63,693 bases of DNA, filler included, from Octopus bimaculoides (GCF_001194135.2; 9 parts of 9 records of this genome joined end to end with filler, not necessarily neighbours in it); one strand, 5' to 3'; shown: positions 12,181 to 25,382, counted from the first letter of the whole stretch. The notes: generated from the letters alone by a model not told the origin. Translations and numbers: made by a program.

Positions 12181-13124
12181 TACAATACTAGACAGTTCAA
12201 ATTTGTGATTACAAAAATACTAGGAAAGAATGCTAGACTTAATTATGAAAGTCAACAACTATTTTTATGTATTTTGAATATCATGAACACAATTTCCTAA
12301 AATAATCTAAAAAGAATCTGATCTATACTAAATAATTTTAAGATTAATAGAGACTTTAAAAACATTTTGGAATGTAATTTTTAATTAAATCAATGATATA
12401 TAAATCTATTTGTATGTTCTGGTTTCACATTTTAAAACATTAAATATTCTGGGTATTAGAAGTGAGTATCTTGCTATGATAAAGGCAGTGGCAGAAATGA
12501 TAGAGCAAGACTATAAATTGTAGCGTTTAGGTTCACTTTTCTGTGTTCTGTATTTAAATATTACTCTTCAGCCCTCCACAGTTAATAAACTGAATATCAA
12601 TAATAGAATGAGGATGAGACAATCAACAAAATTTTGCCCTTTACCTAATCATAGGAAAGCAATATTTTGCTGTAATATCTTGCAAACTCAAAAGGTGTTT
12701 CAATATCTGAAATATCCTATTTAGAAAGAAACATCATTTTCAAACTATTTCAACTGTTATTACAATATTATAAGAAAGACTAGCAAACCATTTTCTCTAC
12801 TTCTGGTTATTATACAAATAAAAAAAATGGGGACATATTTATGGACCAAGTAAAATATGCACAGTTAATTGAATACTTCTTCTATATCTAAAACATCAGA
12901 CAAAACATTACTAATATCAAGGAGAATTGGGTAAAAATATTAAACTCATGTGGTTTCCTTATGTTAAAGTATTCTGAAAAATGTATTAAAGAATTATCTT
13001 TCTTGCTGGAATAAATTTATTATAACATCTTTTTTGACTTACAACTTTAATTCATACCAATCACACTGTTCCAGGTTCAGTCCTGCCACTGGGCACCTTG
13101 GATGAGTGCCTTCAACTATAGACT

Positions 13125-13394
13125 AAAAGGTGAAGGTGAAGTTACCTTCTCAAATCATGATGACTCAAAAGGACCTGTTTCCCAGTTTGCATGGTGTATA
13201 AATTCCCCACCTGGATGGGATGCCAGTCCATCACAGGGTTATTCATTTTTGCCAGCTGAGTGGACTGGAGCAACATGAAATGAAGTGTTTTGCTCAAGAA
13301 CACAATACAGCACCCAGTCCAGGAATTAAAACCACAATCTTACAATCATGATTCCAACACGTTAACCCCTAAGCCATACACCTCCACTATTTCT
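13125..13394 (-). mobile_element. tRNA-headed SINE (family E) nested inside a family A SINE
   Basis: 10-bp TSD ACTATAGACT (13115-13124 / 13395-13404). Related heads at 1262-1378(-), about 17378-17570(+) and about 24280-24480(+). Confidence 0.75.
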
Positions 13395-13772
13395 ACTATA
13401 GACTGGTGCAGACCAAATCTTTGTAAGTAAATTAGGTAGGCAGAAACAGAAAGAAGCCCATCATATGTTTGCATATATATGTGCATGCATGTGTGCTGGT
13501 GTTGCCTCGCATTGACATCAGGTGATAGTTGTAAACAAGTGTTACTGTCATACAGCTCAATGTCTTTACAGTGCACCAGCCACACTCACTAATGTGAGGC
13601 CCCACCCCACCTATCAATTCAACTGACTAGTAGTTGACCTCAAGTCTATTTTAACATCATTACCTCTCCAGCCACGTTTCATCATTCCCCTTCAGCCATA
13701 TCCAATGGCTGGCTCTCTTAAATGTGTGTGTGTGTATGCGTGTGTGTGTGTGGATATATACATGCAAATATA

Positions 13773-14569
13773 CAGGGTGCAATGGGTAAATTTTATATTT
13801 TTAACATCATGCATGTGCATTGTTTGTTTTTGATTTTGTTGACTACATAGTATAGTAGGGTCAGTTGGGCACTATCTGTGAGAAAAACAGTACCATGATG
13901 CAATTCACTCCTCCAGAAATTTGGAAACGACATGCTGTACTGCTTGGCATTCACACAGGAAGCTCCAATGGGTGTCAATCTGAGGACAGTGCAATCTGAG
14001 GACATGTACCAAGAGTGATAAAAATCAAACATCCAGTCAACATGATGGTGTTTGGAGTGATCACTAGTCATGGCAATGTTATGCCTCCATTCATCTTCCC
14101 ACACAGCCTCAGACAATGCAGAGGCCTACAACAAGTGCCTGAAGGAGGTAGTACTGCCCTGGATCGAGAGAGTGGCTGCTGGAAGACCCTATGTCTGGCA
14201 ACAGGATTCTGCACCATGCCACACAAGCAGAAGAACCCAGTAATGGCTGTCAGACAGTTTCTGCGACCACACTGCCCTCTAACATCACCCCTAACTCCCC
14301 AGACTGAAACCCCACTTCATTATTATTTGTGGGGTGCAATTGAGCAAGAGAACAACAAAATTCCTCGCAACACCAAAGATGAACTGAAGACAAGTGTTAT
14401 TCATCATCTTAAACAAGGAGACTGTCCAGAAGAGTTGCAGGAGATTCCGAAGTCATTTGGAGGCCATGGTTGAAGCTAATGGTGATTTTATTGAATAAAT
14501 TTGCTCTTTAGTATTTCAAGATATTTTAATGTAATTTTGGTAAATACATCTGTTAAAATGAGATGTCAA
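13773..14569 (+). mobile_element. Tc1/mariner DD37D (maT-like) element, internally deleted and frameshifted
   Basis: TA|CAGGGTGCAATGGGTAAATT left end. Peptides HPVNMMVFGVITSHGNVMPPFIF, RPYVWQQDSAPCH, NSPD*NP and EAMVEANGDFIE*. The right TIR is cut off. Confidence 0.85.
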
Positions 14570-15129
14570 TGTAGAGTTAAGTGGGTCGCCATAAACTGGT
14601 GTCATAAATAGTGGGTCGCATCTCTAAAAAGTCATGGCTGTAGACAATGTGCCATTAAAAAAGGTTTGGTTTATCTCTTCTTGAGTAGAACTCAATGAAA
14701 TTATACATGTGGTTCCCTCTACCAATGATTGTTAATACAAGGGAGATAACCGTTCCCTAACAATTGAGATCAGGGATGACTGAGTCAAGGGAATACAGTG
14801 TCAAGAAGGGAAGTCGGGCACAGAATATTGCTGTGACAAGTCTTGCCAGCATCAAAATGGAAAACAGGATTATGACGATGATGAAGATGATGATATTGTG
14901 TTTGTATTTGTGTGTGTATGAAGAGAAACTGAAGTTAAGCCACATCATTGGTATTTCAAAAACTTAATTTCCAGTGACTCTTTCAACATCTACAAGTGTT
15001 CACAAGCATATCATTTATCCTTTCAGGGTCAATAAAATAAGTACCAGCTGAACACTGGGGTTGATGTAATCAACTCATCTCCTCCCTGCAAAACTGCTGC
15101 CCTTGTGGCAAAGTTTGAAACCATCAATA

Positions 15130-15989
15130 ATATTAATACACTAACTTTTTGTTTTTGTACGTACCTGTTGTGTGCATCACACATACTTCAAAGAAGTGGC
15201 AAAGCAAGAGAGAGGAGGACAGAGAGGAAGTAAGAGAGAGAATTGAAACGCAAAAGAACGAAATGAGAAATGGATTTATGAATGAAAGTTTGGTAATTGC
15301 ATTTATTTCCACCACACGACACTGATTATTGCAAACATGTTTTAATTAACCTATACTATACACACACACAATCTCAAGTTGTAGCTGTAATTCAAAGGGG
15401 CCAACCTTGTCATATTCTGTGTGAGGCTGAATCTCCCTGAGAACTACGTTAATGTTATGCATGTCTGTGGAGTACTCAGCCATTTGTGAGTTAATTTTAT
15501 CCTTGTGTGGTAATGAAAAGTAAAATTGACAGCCAATATTTGCTGTGTGTATGTATTTATGTATGAACTTTTCTTTGGATTTATGTATCTATTGTCTCTT
15601 TCACTTCCTTTGTGTCCCTCTTCTCTCCTGCTTTTGATTTAACAATGCATATATGTATCTATGTATCTACTTCTCTTCCGATGTGATAAGCATTTAAAAA
15701 CACAAAACGAATGCCGTCACCACTCACTGTCTCTTTCACTCTCTCTCTTTCTCTCTCTCTCAATCCCTTTCTTTCTCTCTTACGTCCACTCTGAAACATT
15801 TAAAAACACAAAACAAACGCCATCACCACTCACTGTCTCATTCACTCTCACTCTCTCTTTCCCTCTCACTTTCTCTCTCTCTTTCTCTCTTACTTACTCT
15901 CTATCCTCCTCTCTCTCGCTTTGCCACTTTTTTTAAGTGTGACGCACACAACAGGTATGTATAAAAACAAAAAGTTTGTGTATTAATAT
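15130..15989. mobile_element. MITE with about 110-bp imperfect terminal inverted repeats and TA flanks
   Basis: 15130-15240 is the reverse complement of about 15885-15989 (ATATTAATACAC..CCTGTTGTGTG..AAGTGGCAAAGC..GAGAGAGGAGGA). TA at 15128-15129 and 15990-15991. Contains a SINE fragment (about 15370-15500) and an internal tandem duplication (15690-15748 / 15796-15856). Confidence 0.7.
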
Positions 15990-16009
15990 TATTGATTATC
16001 ATTATTATT

Positions 16010-16048
<39 letters not shown>

Positions 16049-16225
16049 GTTAGCATGTATTTCCCCTGTCACTACGCTCTGAGTTCAAATTCCACCGAGG
16101 TCGACTTTGCCTTTCATCCTTTCGGGGGTCTATAAATTAAGTACTAGTTCTGCACTGGGGTCGATCTAATCGACTGGCCCCCTCCCGCCAAATTTCAGGC
16201 CTTGTACCTATAACAGAAAGGATTA
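16049..16225 (+). mobile_element. Short SINE (family B) with a GCCTTTCATCCTTTCGGGG(T)C..TAAATTAAGTAC central domain
   Basis: Repeats at about 14970-15125(+), 50220-50400(-), 50810-50985(-), 55110-55300(-), 56060-56170(+), 56530-56690(-), 57340-57500(-) and 59330-59510(-). The central block resembles the conserved Meta/MESC-type SINE domain (recalled, not searched). Confidence 0.75.
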
Positions 16226-16278
<53 letters not shown>

Positions 16279-17795
16279 TTTAATAGTTGTACATTATTAA
16301 TGATTATTATTAATCTTTGTGCATGGTATGAGTGTCCATCTCATCATCAAAATATGAAAACTTAGTCACTGTGGTTGACACGTGTGTGTGTCTGTCTGTC
16401 TGTCTCTGTGTGTGTGTGTGTGTATTGAACTAAAAGAATATAATAGGAAAGTAACAAATACACTTAGCATATCAAAAGAGACTACGGTTATGTCTGAGAC
16501 TAGATATTAGCAGCTGTTGCCTAATTGCATTAAACAGTCATTCGCAAAAGCGTTATTTTTTTAGGTCAGAACTGATAAGTATGAGAAAATAATTAAGGTG
16601 CATTTTCCAAAGGACTGCTTGCCTGCACAATATTAGTTTATTTCTTTGCATTTCATCAAGAAAATTTCTCCAGATTTTGTCTCCCTTCAACTTCCAGGCT
16701 TTATGTTGGTCAAGAACAGTGAGTTAGAATTTGGTAATATTATTTATTAATGATTTTATTTACCATTATATATTTATTCATGATTTAATTATGATCAGGA
16801 ATCAATTTCTTGTAAAAGTATATATGTACATATATATAAAGAATCAACAATAGATAAAAACCACATTCAAAATACATACCATCAATTACTATATCATATC
16901 AGTAAATTAATACAAATTCATGCAATAGTTTGTTTTGGCTATTGTTATACTAAACTAACTGCATTTCACCAAAATCTCTAGTTTTTAACAATATTGAAAG
17001 ATTTATACACTGAAGGCACTATAAGACTTTAAAAGTGAATAGATTCACATAAATACATCAAGGCTGTATGTCTGCCAAACTGTGTGAAATAAAAGGGCTA
17101 CAAAATGATTAATCTTTGTGTTGATACTAAGACAGACAGCCAATGTCTGATCAAATGAATCAAACTCACTGAATATTCAAAGATATTAAGTAGCCATAAA
17201 ATTATACTTACAAATTAGATTAAAAGACAATTCCCGTAAAATCACATGCCTATATTATATATGAGTATATATCCATATATATGTATATGTGCGTATGTAT
17301 GCATATATGTGTGTGCGTGTGTGTGCATGAGTGTATGTATGCTTATATATACACACACATATATATATATGGTTAGGGATATTGCAGTTATGATCATGAG
17401 ATTGTGGTTCCAGTTTTCAGACCAGTTACACATTGTATTCTTGAGCGGAACACTTCATTTCACATTGCCCCAGCCCACTCTACTGATAAAAATAAGTAAT
17501 CTTGTGAAGAATATATATCCCAGAGAAACTAGGAAACCGGCCCTATGTTCCTTACAGAGTAATGTGGACTAACCATATATTACACGTACTCACGTATACA
17601 AATATACATGAGTATATTCATTTTTTCATACACGAGGTAGACAAACATTCTTAACATAACTTGTTTTGCCTGACTACACCCCAAAAGACACTGATGTGTA
17701 TATATATATATATATCTTTCCTTTCCTGAGCGTCTAGTAACACAATCTGTATCACGTCCTCACGTTGTTTTTTTGTCTTTTTCCTTTTTTGAACC

Positions 17796-17829
<34 letters not shown>

Positions 17830-18221
17830 TGTATGTGTATATCTGTGTATGTGTTTATATGCATGCATGTATGTACGTATGTATACTTACATGTAAATAT
17901 ATATCATCATCATCATCATCATCTTCCTTTAATGTCTGTTTTCCATGCTGGTATGGGTTGGACAGTTTGACCAGTGCAAGTAAGCTGGGAAGTTGCACTA
18001 GATTCCAGTGTGATTTGGCTTGGCTTCAATGATTGGATGCCCTTCCTAATGCCAACCGCTTTATAGTGCGCGCTGAGCGCTTTTAAAGTGCCACCAGCAA
18101 AAGTGCTTCTACGTGGCACCAGCATAAGTGTGTTTTACAAGGCAATTGCATATATATGTATATTTCTATATATATATATGTATATGTGTATATATTCGTG
18201 ACCCTGGCATGTATTTATATA

Positions 18222-18254
<33 letters not shown>

Positions 18255-18322
18255 ATGTGTGTGTATATATATGTATGTGTGTGTGTATATACATATACAT
18301 GGCACTGGCACATATGTGTATA

Positions 18323-20225
18323 CTAGCAGAATTGCCCGACGTTGCTCAGGGCTTAATTGTTTTAAAGTACTGTTGATGATTCTACTCAATTATGATTATT
18401 GAGGGAAAGATTGCTATAAGTTGAAAACCAACCAATCGATTTGCAACTGGACAGAAAGCCCTGCCAAGAGCATTGCAACACTCTGAGAAGGGGGTAACAA
18501 TAGAATGTGAGGTGGCCCTGAAAAAGCTGTTTTATTGTTCTCACAATTGTAACAATGTCTTAGGTAGTCATGTAAGGATGTGTAAAACGTTCGTAAGTGA
18601 ATACAGTATCTTCCTTTTCCATCAACGGTAGTGGACGTGCTGTTACAAAACTTCATGGTCTGTGAAAACAGAATAGATGTCCTATGGAGGACAGATGAGG
18701 ATTAATCATGGGTTAGTAAATACGGGTAAGTTTGAAAATATAGCATCTACTCATCATATGTCAGATGGGCAAGACTGTAGTGGTGCTGAATAGATGAATC
18801 AGAACACGTGTCTCATGAAGATGTTGTGTAAAATGACCTGTTGCTTTAGAATAGTTTGTATTTGATGTAAAATGTAATGGTGTAAAATATAATGGTGAGA
18901 GAGAGGATGTATGTATTTAGTTTTATCGACTGTTTAAGTGTTGTTATTTTATGTAAATTGTAATGGTGTGTAAGAGATAGTTACTTCTTCATGTAATTAT
19001 TTTAATGCATTTGTTTCATTGATTGTCGTTATGATTACATTTGTTTTATGAAATGATATGTTGCTTGGTTTTCAAATGGTATCTTGCGATAATGTTGCCA
19101 ATGTAGTAAACTGTAATGGTGAGAGAGGAGATGGAAGGGGGAGATGTATCATGCACATTGGATGTAGAAGATGAGGCTGGTGTACTGACGAAGTGAGTAA
19201 AATAGAACTGAGTGGAGTGCAGGTGTTGGTGAAGTGTGAAGTAATTGCAGGGAACCGCCTAAAAATGTAAATCTCGTAATAAAAGCATTGTTGACTCTTA
19301 GAGAGTTGTATGGAATTGAAATACTAAGCNNNNNNNNNNNNNNNNNNNNNNNNNNNNNNNNNNNNNNNNNNNNNNNNNNNNNNNNNNNNNNNNNNNNNNN
19401 NNNNNNNNNNNNNNNNNNNNNNNNNNNNNNNNNNNNNNNNNNNNNNNNNNNNNNNNNNNNNNNNNNNNNNNNNNNNNNNNNNNNNNNNNNNNNNNNNNNN
19501 NNNNNNNNNNNNNNNNNNNNNNNNNNNNNNNNNNNNNNNNNNNNNNGAGGAGGGTCTGATTTGTAATAAAGTTTTGTAATGCCGCGAGAATCAGCGTTCT
19601 TACAGCTGATATTTGGGAGTGTCAAGTGCACTGCAATGAATATGAACCTACACCTACTTAGAAATTACTGATGAAAAGTAAGAAATTTAAAAAATTGTTT
19701 AAATTAATAAAATTAGGAATCGAAGTAATCCTATCAAACCTCCTTGTACACAATGTTTTTTGTTTTTTCTTGCTGCCCACATGCGAGCAGCCAACGTAAA
19801 GCTGACCATGAGAGAAACATGGCTCCCCTAAATGTATTCCTACGACAGACAGTGTTTGCCCCTGTGCTTTGTTAATTGACATTGCGAAGCATGGCCTCAC
19901 TGAGAACTGGGCCTTCCGAAATGTAAAAGGTAGGTCTGCTGCTGATGGGAAAAGATGCATTCTGGGTATGAGGACAACGTTGCCTCCACCACACCCTGTG
20001 ATTATCGTGGCCTCAATCAGATTGGGAGATAAGGACTTAACGATTAAACGTGTGCCATTGCATTGTTCAGGCGGAACCAAATTTCGAATGAGCATTATAG
20101 GGGCACCAACTTTAAGTTTGAGAATGTGTGGAGGTAGTCTAGGGGGCTCAAAGGAATTTAGTACTTCTATTGGATGTATGAGTGTGTATAAAAATGACGC
20201 TGTGACCAAAGTGATGGTATTTAGA
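18323..20225 (-). mobile_element. Helitron 3' fragment (PIF1-type helicase C-terminus, 3' hairpin, CTAG end)
   Basis: ORF 19658-20209 gives LPPHILKLKVGAPIMLIRNL..CNGTRL and FAMSINKAQGQTL..FSHGQLYVGCS. On the - strand, a GCCC(T)G..CGGGC hairpin (18334-18352) precedes a terminal CTAG (18323-18326) followed by T. Confidence 0.88.
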
Positions 20226-20319
20226 AAGGGTGATAAGAAACAGCAAATAAATAAAAGAAAATGACAGGTATTTGTATGTATGTGTGTATTAATGTGTTTT
20301 CTCTCTCTGTATATATATA

Positions 20320-21815
20320 TGGTCCCTGCTTCGAAGTGGTGTCCTCAGAGAAGAAGTCGGTCCATAAACCTCTCGCAAGGGACTATATAACAGCTTTGTG
20401 TTATTGGAATCCGATGCCGCCTGTATCTCATCAGCCTTCTTACTCCTCCAGGTATCCCTCATTTGAGAGAGCCTCCGCCTCACACATGATTTCACATCCT
20501 TGAGTTCCCTATGCAATAAATCTCTCTCCTGTGGCTTTGCTGACAAATAGCGTGATAAAGTACGTCTTTTAACAGCCAATAAATCATTTATATGTTCATC
20601 ATTTTCTTTAAACCAATCTTGATGCTTTCTTTGTATCAATCCCAGAACTTTCCTGCCTATATCATAAACTGACTTTNNNNNNNNNNNNNNNNNNNNNNNN
20701 NNNNNNNNNNNNNNNNNNNNNNNNNNNNNNNNNNNNNNNNNNNNNNNNNNNNNNNNNNNNNNNNNNNNNNNNNNNNNNNNNNNNNNNNNNNNNNNNNNNN
20801 NNNNNNNNNNNNNNNNNNNNNNNNNNNNNNNNNNNNNNNNNNNNNNNNNNNNNNNNNNNNNNNNNNNNNNNNNAGGCAGGGTAATACCTGCAGCCCGGAT
20901 TTTACGTTTTGTGATTAATTTGACTTTTGCACATACCAGGCGGTGGTCGGTCCAACGCTCAGCTCCACGAAGAACACGAACACAGATCCTAACAAGGATG
21001 TAATCCAGAATATGCCATTCTTTAGATGCAGGGTGCATCCATGTGGTCTTAAACTTATTCTTTTGCTGAAACATGGTATTGGTAACACACAGACGCAGCT
21101 CCTCGCACATCTGCAGCAGAAGCATACCATTACTATTACACTTTCCCACCCCATGCTTTCCAATTACTGTCCATGTGTTAAAATCCCTACCCATTCTAGC
21201 ATTAAAGTCACCCAGTACGATGACTTTGTCTGCCCTAGGGATGTTTCTTATAATGCCCTTCAAAGCATGGTAGAAAGAAACGTTTTCATCATTAGTAGAG
21301 CACATAGTTGGAGCATACACACTCACCAAGGTCACATAATTTCCATTAACCAAAGGAATTCTCATGGACATAAGACGCTCATCAATCCCAACTGAGAATT
21401 CTTCCAACATGTCCACAAGAGTAGTCTTAATAGCAAATGCCACTCCAGCCTCTCCTCTAAGCTCTTCATCTCTCTCTTTCCAAAAGAATGTATATCTTCC
21501 ACAAGATTCTGTAAGATGACCATCTCCAGCCAGTCTCGTCTCAGACAAAGCAACGATATCAAGATCATAGCGTCGAAGCTCCTTCGCAAGAAGAGCAGTC
21601 CTGCGTTCAGGACATTCTGAGGACTTGCGGTCAAGCAGTGTCCATACATTCCAACAGCTAATATTCAGTATTTTATTTGGTTCTATCACAGTAGCATGAT
21701 GACGGCCGGGTTCAGACTGTGATGCTCTGGATACCCTGCTGGGCCAGTCCCTTTCATCTGATGTGGTTCCAGAGTCCTTACTGCCATTTATTTTTTTACT
21801 GTTTTGATACATCAT
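20320..21815 (-). mobile_element. RTE-clade (BovB-like) LINE, AP-endonuclease region; RT domain absent
   Basis: ORF 20289-21815 gives WNVWTLLD..ERRTAL, VALSETR, SVYAPT, LGDFNAR, NSNG, KTTWMHP, LDYILVR and TDHRLV. It stops at PLRSRD, upstream of where RT would start. Confidence 0.92.
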
Positions 21816-22514
21816 TGATTGTTTGCTTTTTAAGGCTACAGCCAGCCATTCGGTTGAGACTCACAGCACTATCAGCAATCACTCATCAATTAGTTAATTG
21901 ATTAATTAATCAATCCATGTTGTTATTGTGCAGTGCCTGTGCAAGAGGATTTTTTTTTTAAAGTGAGGAAAGGCTGTGCACTGAGTCAATCCCACTCACT
22001 AAGCAACAGTAGCCATAACCCGTAAAGAAGAACAATTCAACAGCATCAGTAACCACTGAGCTGCAGGTTTTATGTCGGAGTTATCCCAGTTGCCTGAGTT
22101 GCCTTCTAGAAGGATGCCCTAACAAGGGCTAGGGGTCCTTCACTCCCAATGGTTTAACTGCACGATCGGGTATTCAGTCCGATTATTTCTATGTCCCCGC
22201 GCAAAAAAAAACAGCATTAAGCTGGATTAAAAAAAAATAAAAAACAGCCTTAAGCTGGAAAAAAAAAGTTGATATACAATATATACATAAAATATGGCGA
22301 TATGGAATACATGAAAAATATCTATATAATGAGGAAACTATAAAAATTTACATAAAATATGAGCAAACTATAAAAATATACATAAAATATTTTTTTCTCC
22401 TTTTTTCTTTTTTTTTTATTCATATATATAATGAGCAAACTGTAAAAATTTACAATATCTAAAATTAGTAAGAAAAAAAGTGGGGATATAGAGTAAATAC
22501 ATAACTACACACAT

Positions 22515-22708
22515 ATTGGATGGCCGTTGACTCGCAAGAGTTCCACCGCCTTTTGACGGGTTTTGTTTTTCATCCCACAGGGTGTCCAATAAACACCCTC
22601 CTCACCAAGGAAACTTGGTGGGATTGCCAGTTTAGTCGCCGACGGCCCGACCATGCAACAGGTTGTACTGGGTTACATGTTATCAGTAGCACTCGAAAGT
22701 GACCTGAC
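22515..22708 (-). mobile_element. Probable 5' UTR segment of the adjacent RTE element
   Basis: GC-richer block collinear with and upstream of the APE ORF. It resembles RTE 5' leaders I recall from molluscs and is separated from the ORF by an AT-rich tandem insert. Confidence 0.35.
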
Positions 22709-23516
22709 ATATATATACATACATACATACATATGTGTGTAAGACAATTACGATGAATACAGGGATTAGTATATTTGCATATTTTTTATTTCTACAGACA
22801 ATCATATGCCATGTTTGATTTAAATTAGTCTGAGATACATTAAAACTTCTTTTTTCTCTAGTGTTAACTAATTTATTTTTCAAAGTGAAAGTTTGGTATA
22901 ATTATAATTTAACATTTGAGATAGAAAAGATCAACTGACGACCACTAAGGAAAATGAAACTTCATTTAAGTTCTATGTAATCAGCAAAATGGCACTCTGT
23001 ATTTGGTAAGATGCTTTCCTGGCAAGCATGGTTTGAGTTCTGTCTGTGAATCTGTTGCAAATTGGTTCTTATAATGTCTAATATCATTATCCTTGTTTTG
23101 TTGGTTTGTCATATTTAATTTTAAAAAAACATTGTTAATTACAAATAATCTGTCTATTATTTTTCTGCCTTCACAGAAATATTCAATTTTTTTCTGCTCT
23201 AAGTACATTCAGAAATTGTAATCTGCTTGAAATTCTGGAGAAATTAGGCCTGACATATCCTGATATTGATTCAACTCTTTTGAAACTATATTTTGACAAA
23301 CTTTATCACCACAGAAATTATCAAGAATGAGTGCTGTCAGTAAGTTCATTAAAATCTTTTTCTTTTTTTTTAAATCTATTTAAACTACAAATATATTCTT
23401 CATTGTAATCCTGAGTGGCAGCAGCAATATTTAATTTCTTTTCTCTGAGTTGAAATCTGGCTTCAATTAACTTTACCTTTTACTTTATAAAGTGAATGGT
23501 AGAGATAAGTTGCATG

Positions 23517-23765
23517 TTCAAGGATCAACTGAAGAGTTCATTGGTTGACCAAGACACTTTTTATCAAATGTGACAAAATGAGATTAATTTTTCAACATAG
23601 GTCCCCTTCTTGTCCACACACTTCTTCCATTGGTAACGCAGTGCCTGTATCCAATTGGTGAAGAAGCTTTTATCCTGTTACTCAAAGAAGTCATGAACAG
23701 CAGTTGTGACATCATCACTGCAATACTGCTTTTGAAGATAGTCAATAAACATAATGCTCTTTGCA
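23517..23765 (-). mobile_element. Mariner 3'-end fragment
   Basis: The - strand gives DDVTTAVHDFFE*QDKSFFTNWIQALRYQWKKCVDKKGTYVEK, the typical mariner transposase C-terminus, followed by a degenerate TIR. Confidence 0.75.
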
Positions 23766-24019
23766 TCCCTAAAAACTGTGGCTGCTACCTTTCTTGCATT
23801 TGAAACAACTTTGACCGTTTCAGCTTAGCAGCCGCTGATTAAGTTGTGATTGGTATTGGAAGGTTAAGAGCTTCTTTGATGCATGCCAGAGGAGCAAATA
23901 GTTATCATATCGATAGCATCGTGGTGAAGAGTGCTTCGTTGAGGAGCGAGGTGTTATCACGTCGAAGGTGTCATGCTGAAGAAACTTACAAAGTGAAACC
24001 AACTCTTTAAGTACTAGTT

Positions 24020-24170
24020 TTACTACGCATGCGCACTCAAGGGGCTTCCGGAAAGGCAAGTCCCTTGCGCATGTGCAGATAGTACTTCCTCAAAGGCGGC
24101 TATAATTTCGCACCACTACAAACATAACACCCATCCTGGCTTAGGAAATGTCCAAGGAAACCAACTGTAT
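24020..24170. promoter_or_regulatory. Candidate housekeeping-type promoter (NRF1-like and ETS-like motifs)
   Basis: CGCATGCGCA 24026-24035, TGCGCATGTGCA 24066-24077, CTTCCGGAA 24045-24053, ACTTCCT near 24084 and ACTACA 24115-24120. Locally CpG-richer, about 1.6 kb upstream of the SDR copy 2 Rossmann exon. Confidence 0.45.
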
Positions 24171-25382
24171 CTACCTGAGACAATGTCAGATATATGCCAT
24201 TACCTGAAACAATGTCATTTGTCTGGGATTTTGTTATTCACTTTTAAAACATGCTACTAACTCTGACAGTGAAAGTGCATGATCTAGGGCTGAGGGTGTT
24301 CCACTCACAACTGCAAGCTTATGGTTTCAGTTTCTGGACTGGGTAGTGCATTGTGTTCTTGAGCAAAACACTTCATATAGCTCCAGTCCACTCAGCTGTA
24401 AATGTTATGGACTAGTACCCCTTCAATGGAACGGTGTCCCTTTCAGAGGAAAAATTGGGATCTCAGTCACTTATATGCCATGACTGAGTAACCAACCCTA
24501 TGAGTTCAAGGAACTGCAACATTAATATCTTAGGGTCTTACTAGTTACTACTACTAGGTCACTGACTTAACATAACTTCACCTGCATTGTGTTAGTTAAT
24601 AAGTAGTGTGCTGATTACTGCTGTTGTACCTGTAATCTGGGTTCAATTCCTGATCAATTATAATTATTTCACCTGCTTTTCTAAAGCTTTGGGGAATTTA
24701 TATTTTAATATCATGCATATATTCTGAACAATATTATTATTGGTATTAGGTTTCTAAGGGACAATTCACTGATTCCTTACATTTCTGGTGATGAGAATGA
24801 CCAGTGGATGTCTGTGCAACTTGGGTAGAATAAATACCACAAAGCATTTTGTTCGAACGAACCAGTTTATCAGTTTTCTGGCCAACACGCATATGCACAA
24901 ACATCGCAATTCCTGATTTATTGAGCCCCAGCAAATAAATAGAAATAATAGCCCATTGATGGATGTTTCTGGTCACAATACTGACTCTGTTTTATAACAT
25001 AACTGCATGAATTACTCTAACCCTTTGAAATAATTCTGGTTGTGGCTGTGTGGTAAGAAGCTTGCTTCTCAGCTACATGGTTCCGGGTTCAGTCCCACTG
25101 CTTGGTACCTTGGGCAAGTGTCTTCTACTATGGCTTTGGGCCAACCTAAGCCTTATGAGTTGATTTGGTAGACATAAACTGACTGTGTGTGCATCATTGG
25201 CGATTTTCTTTCTCCGTCTTCCCTTCTTTGGCCCTTTCCTACATTTCTGATGAAGAGCTCCACTCAAAACGTGAAATCCTCTTTCTTTTTTTTCCTTTCC
25301 TGAGCGTCCAATAACACTGTTCTTATTCCACGTACTCGCGTTGTTTTTTCGTGTTTTTTCTTGCTTGTTCATGTTTGGATTG

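Noticed and set aside
19869-21395. + strand ORFs 19869-20264 and 20943-21395 (also 63283-63552)
   Set aside because: Antisense shadows of Helitron, RTE and CR1 coding sequence.
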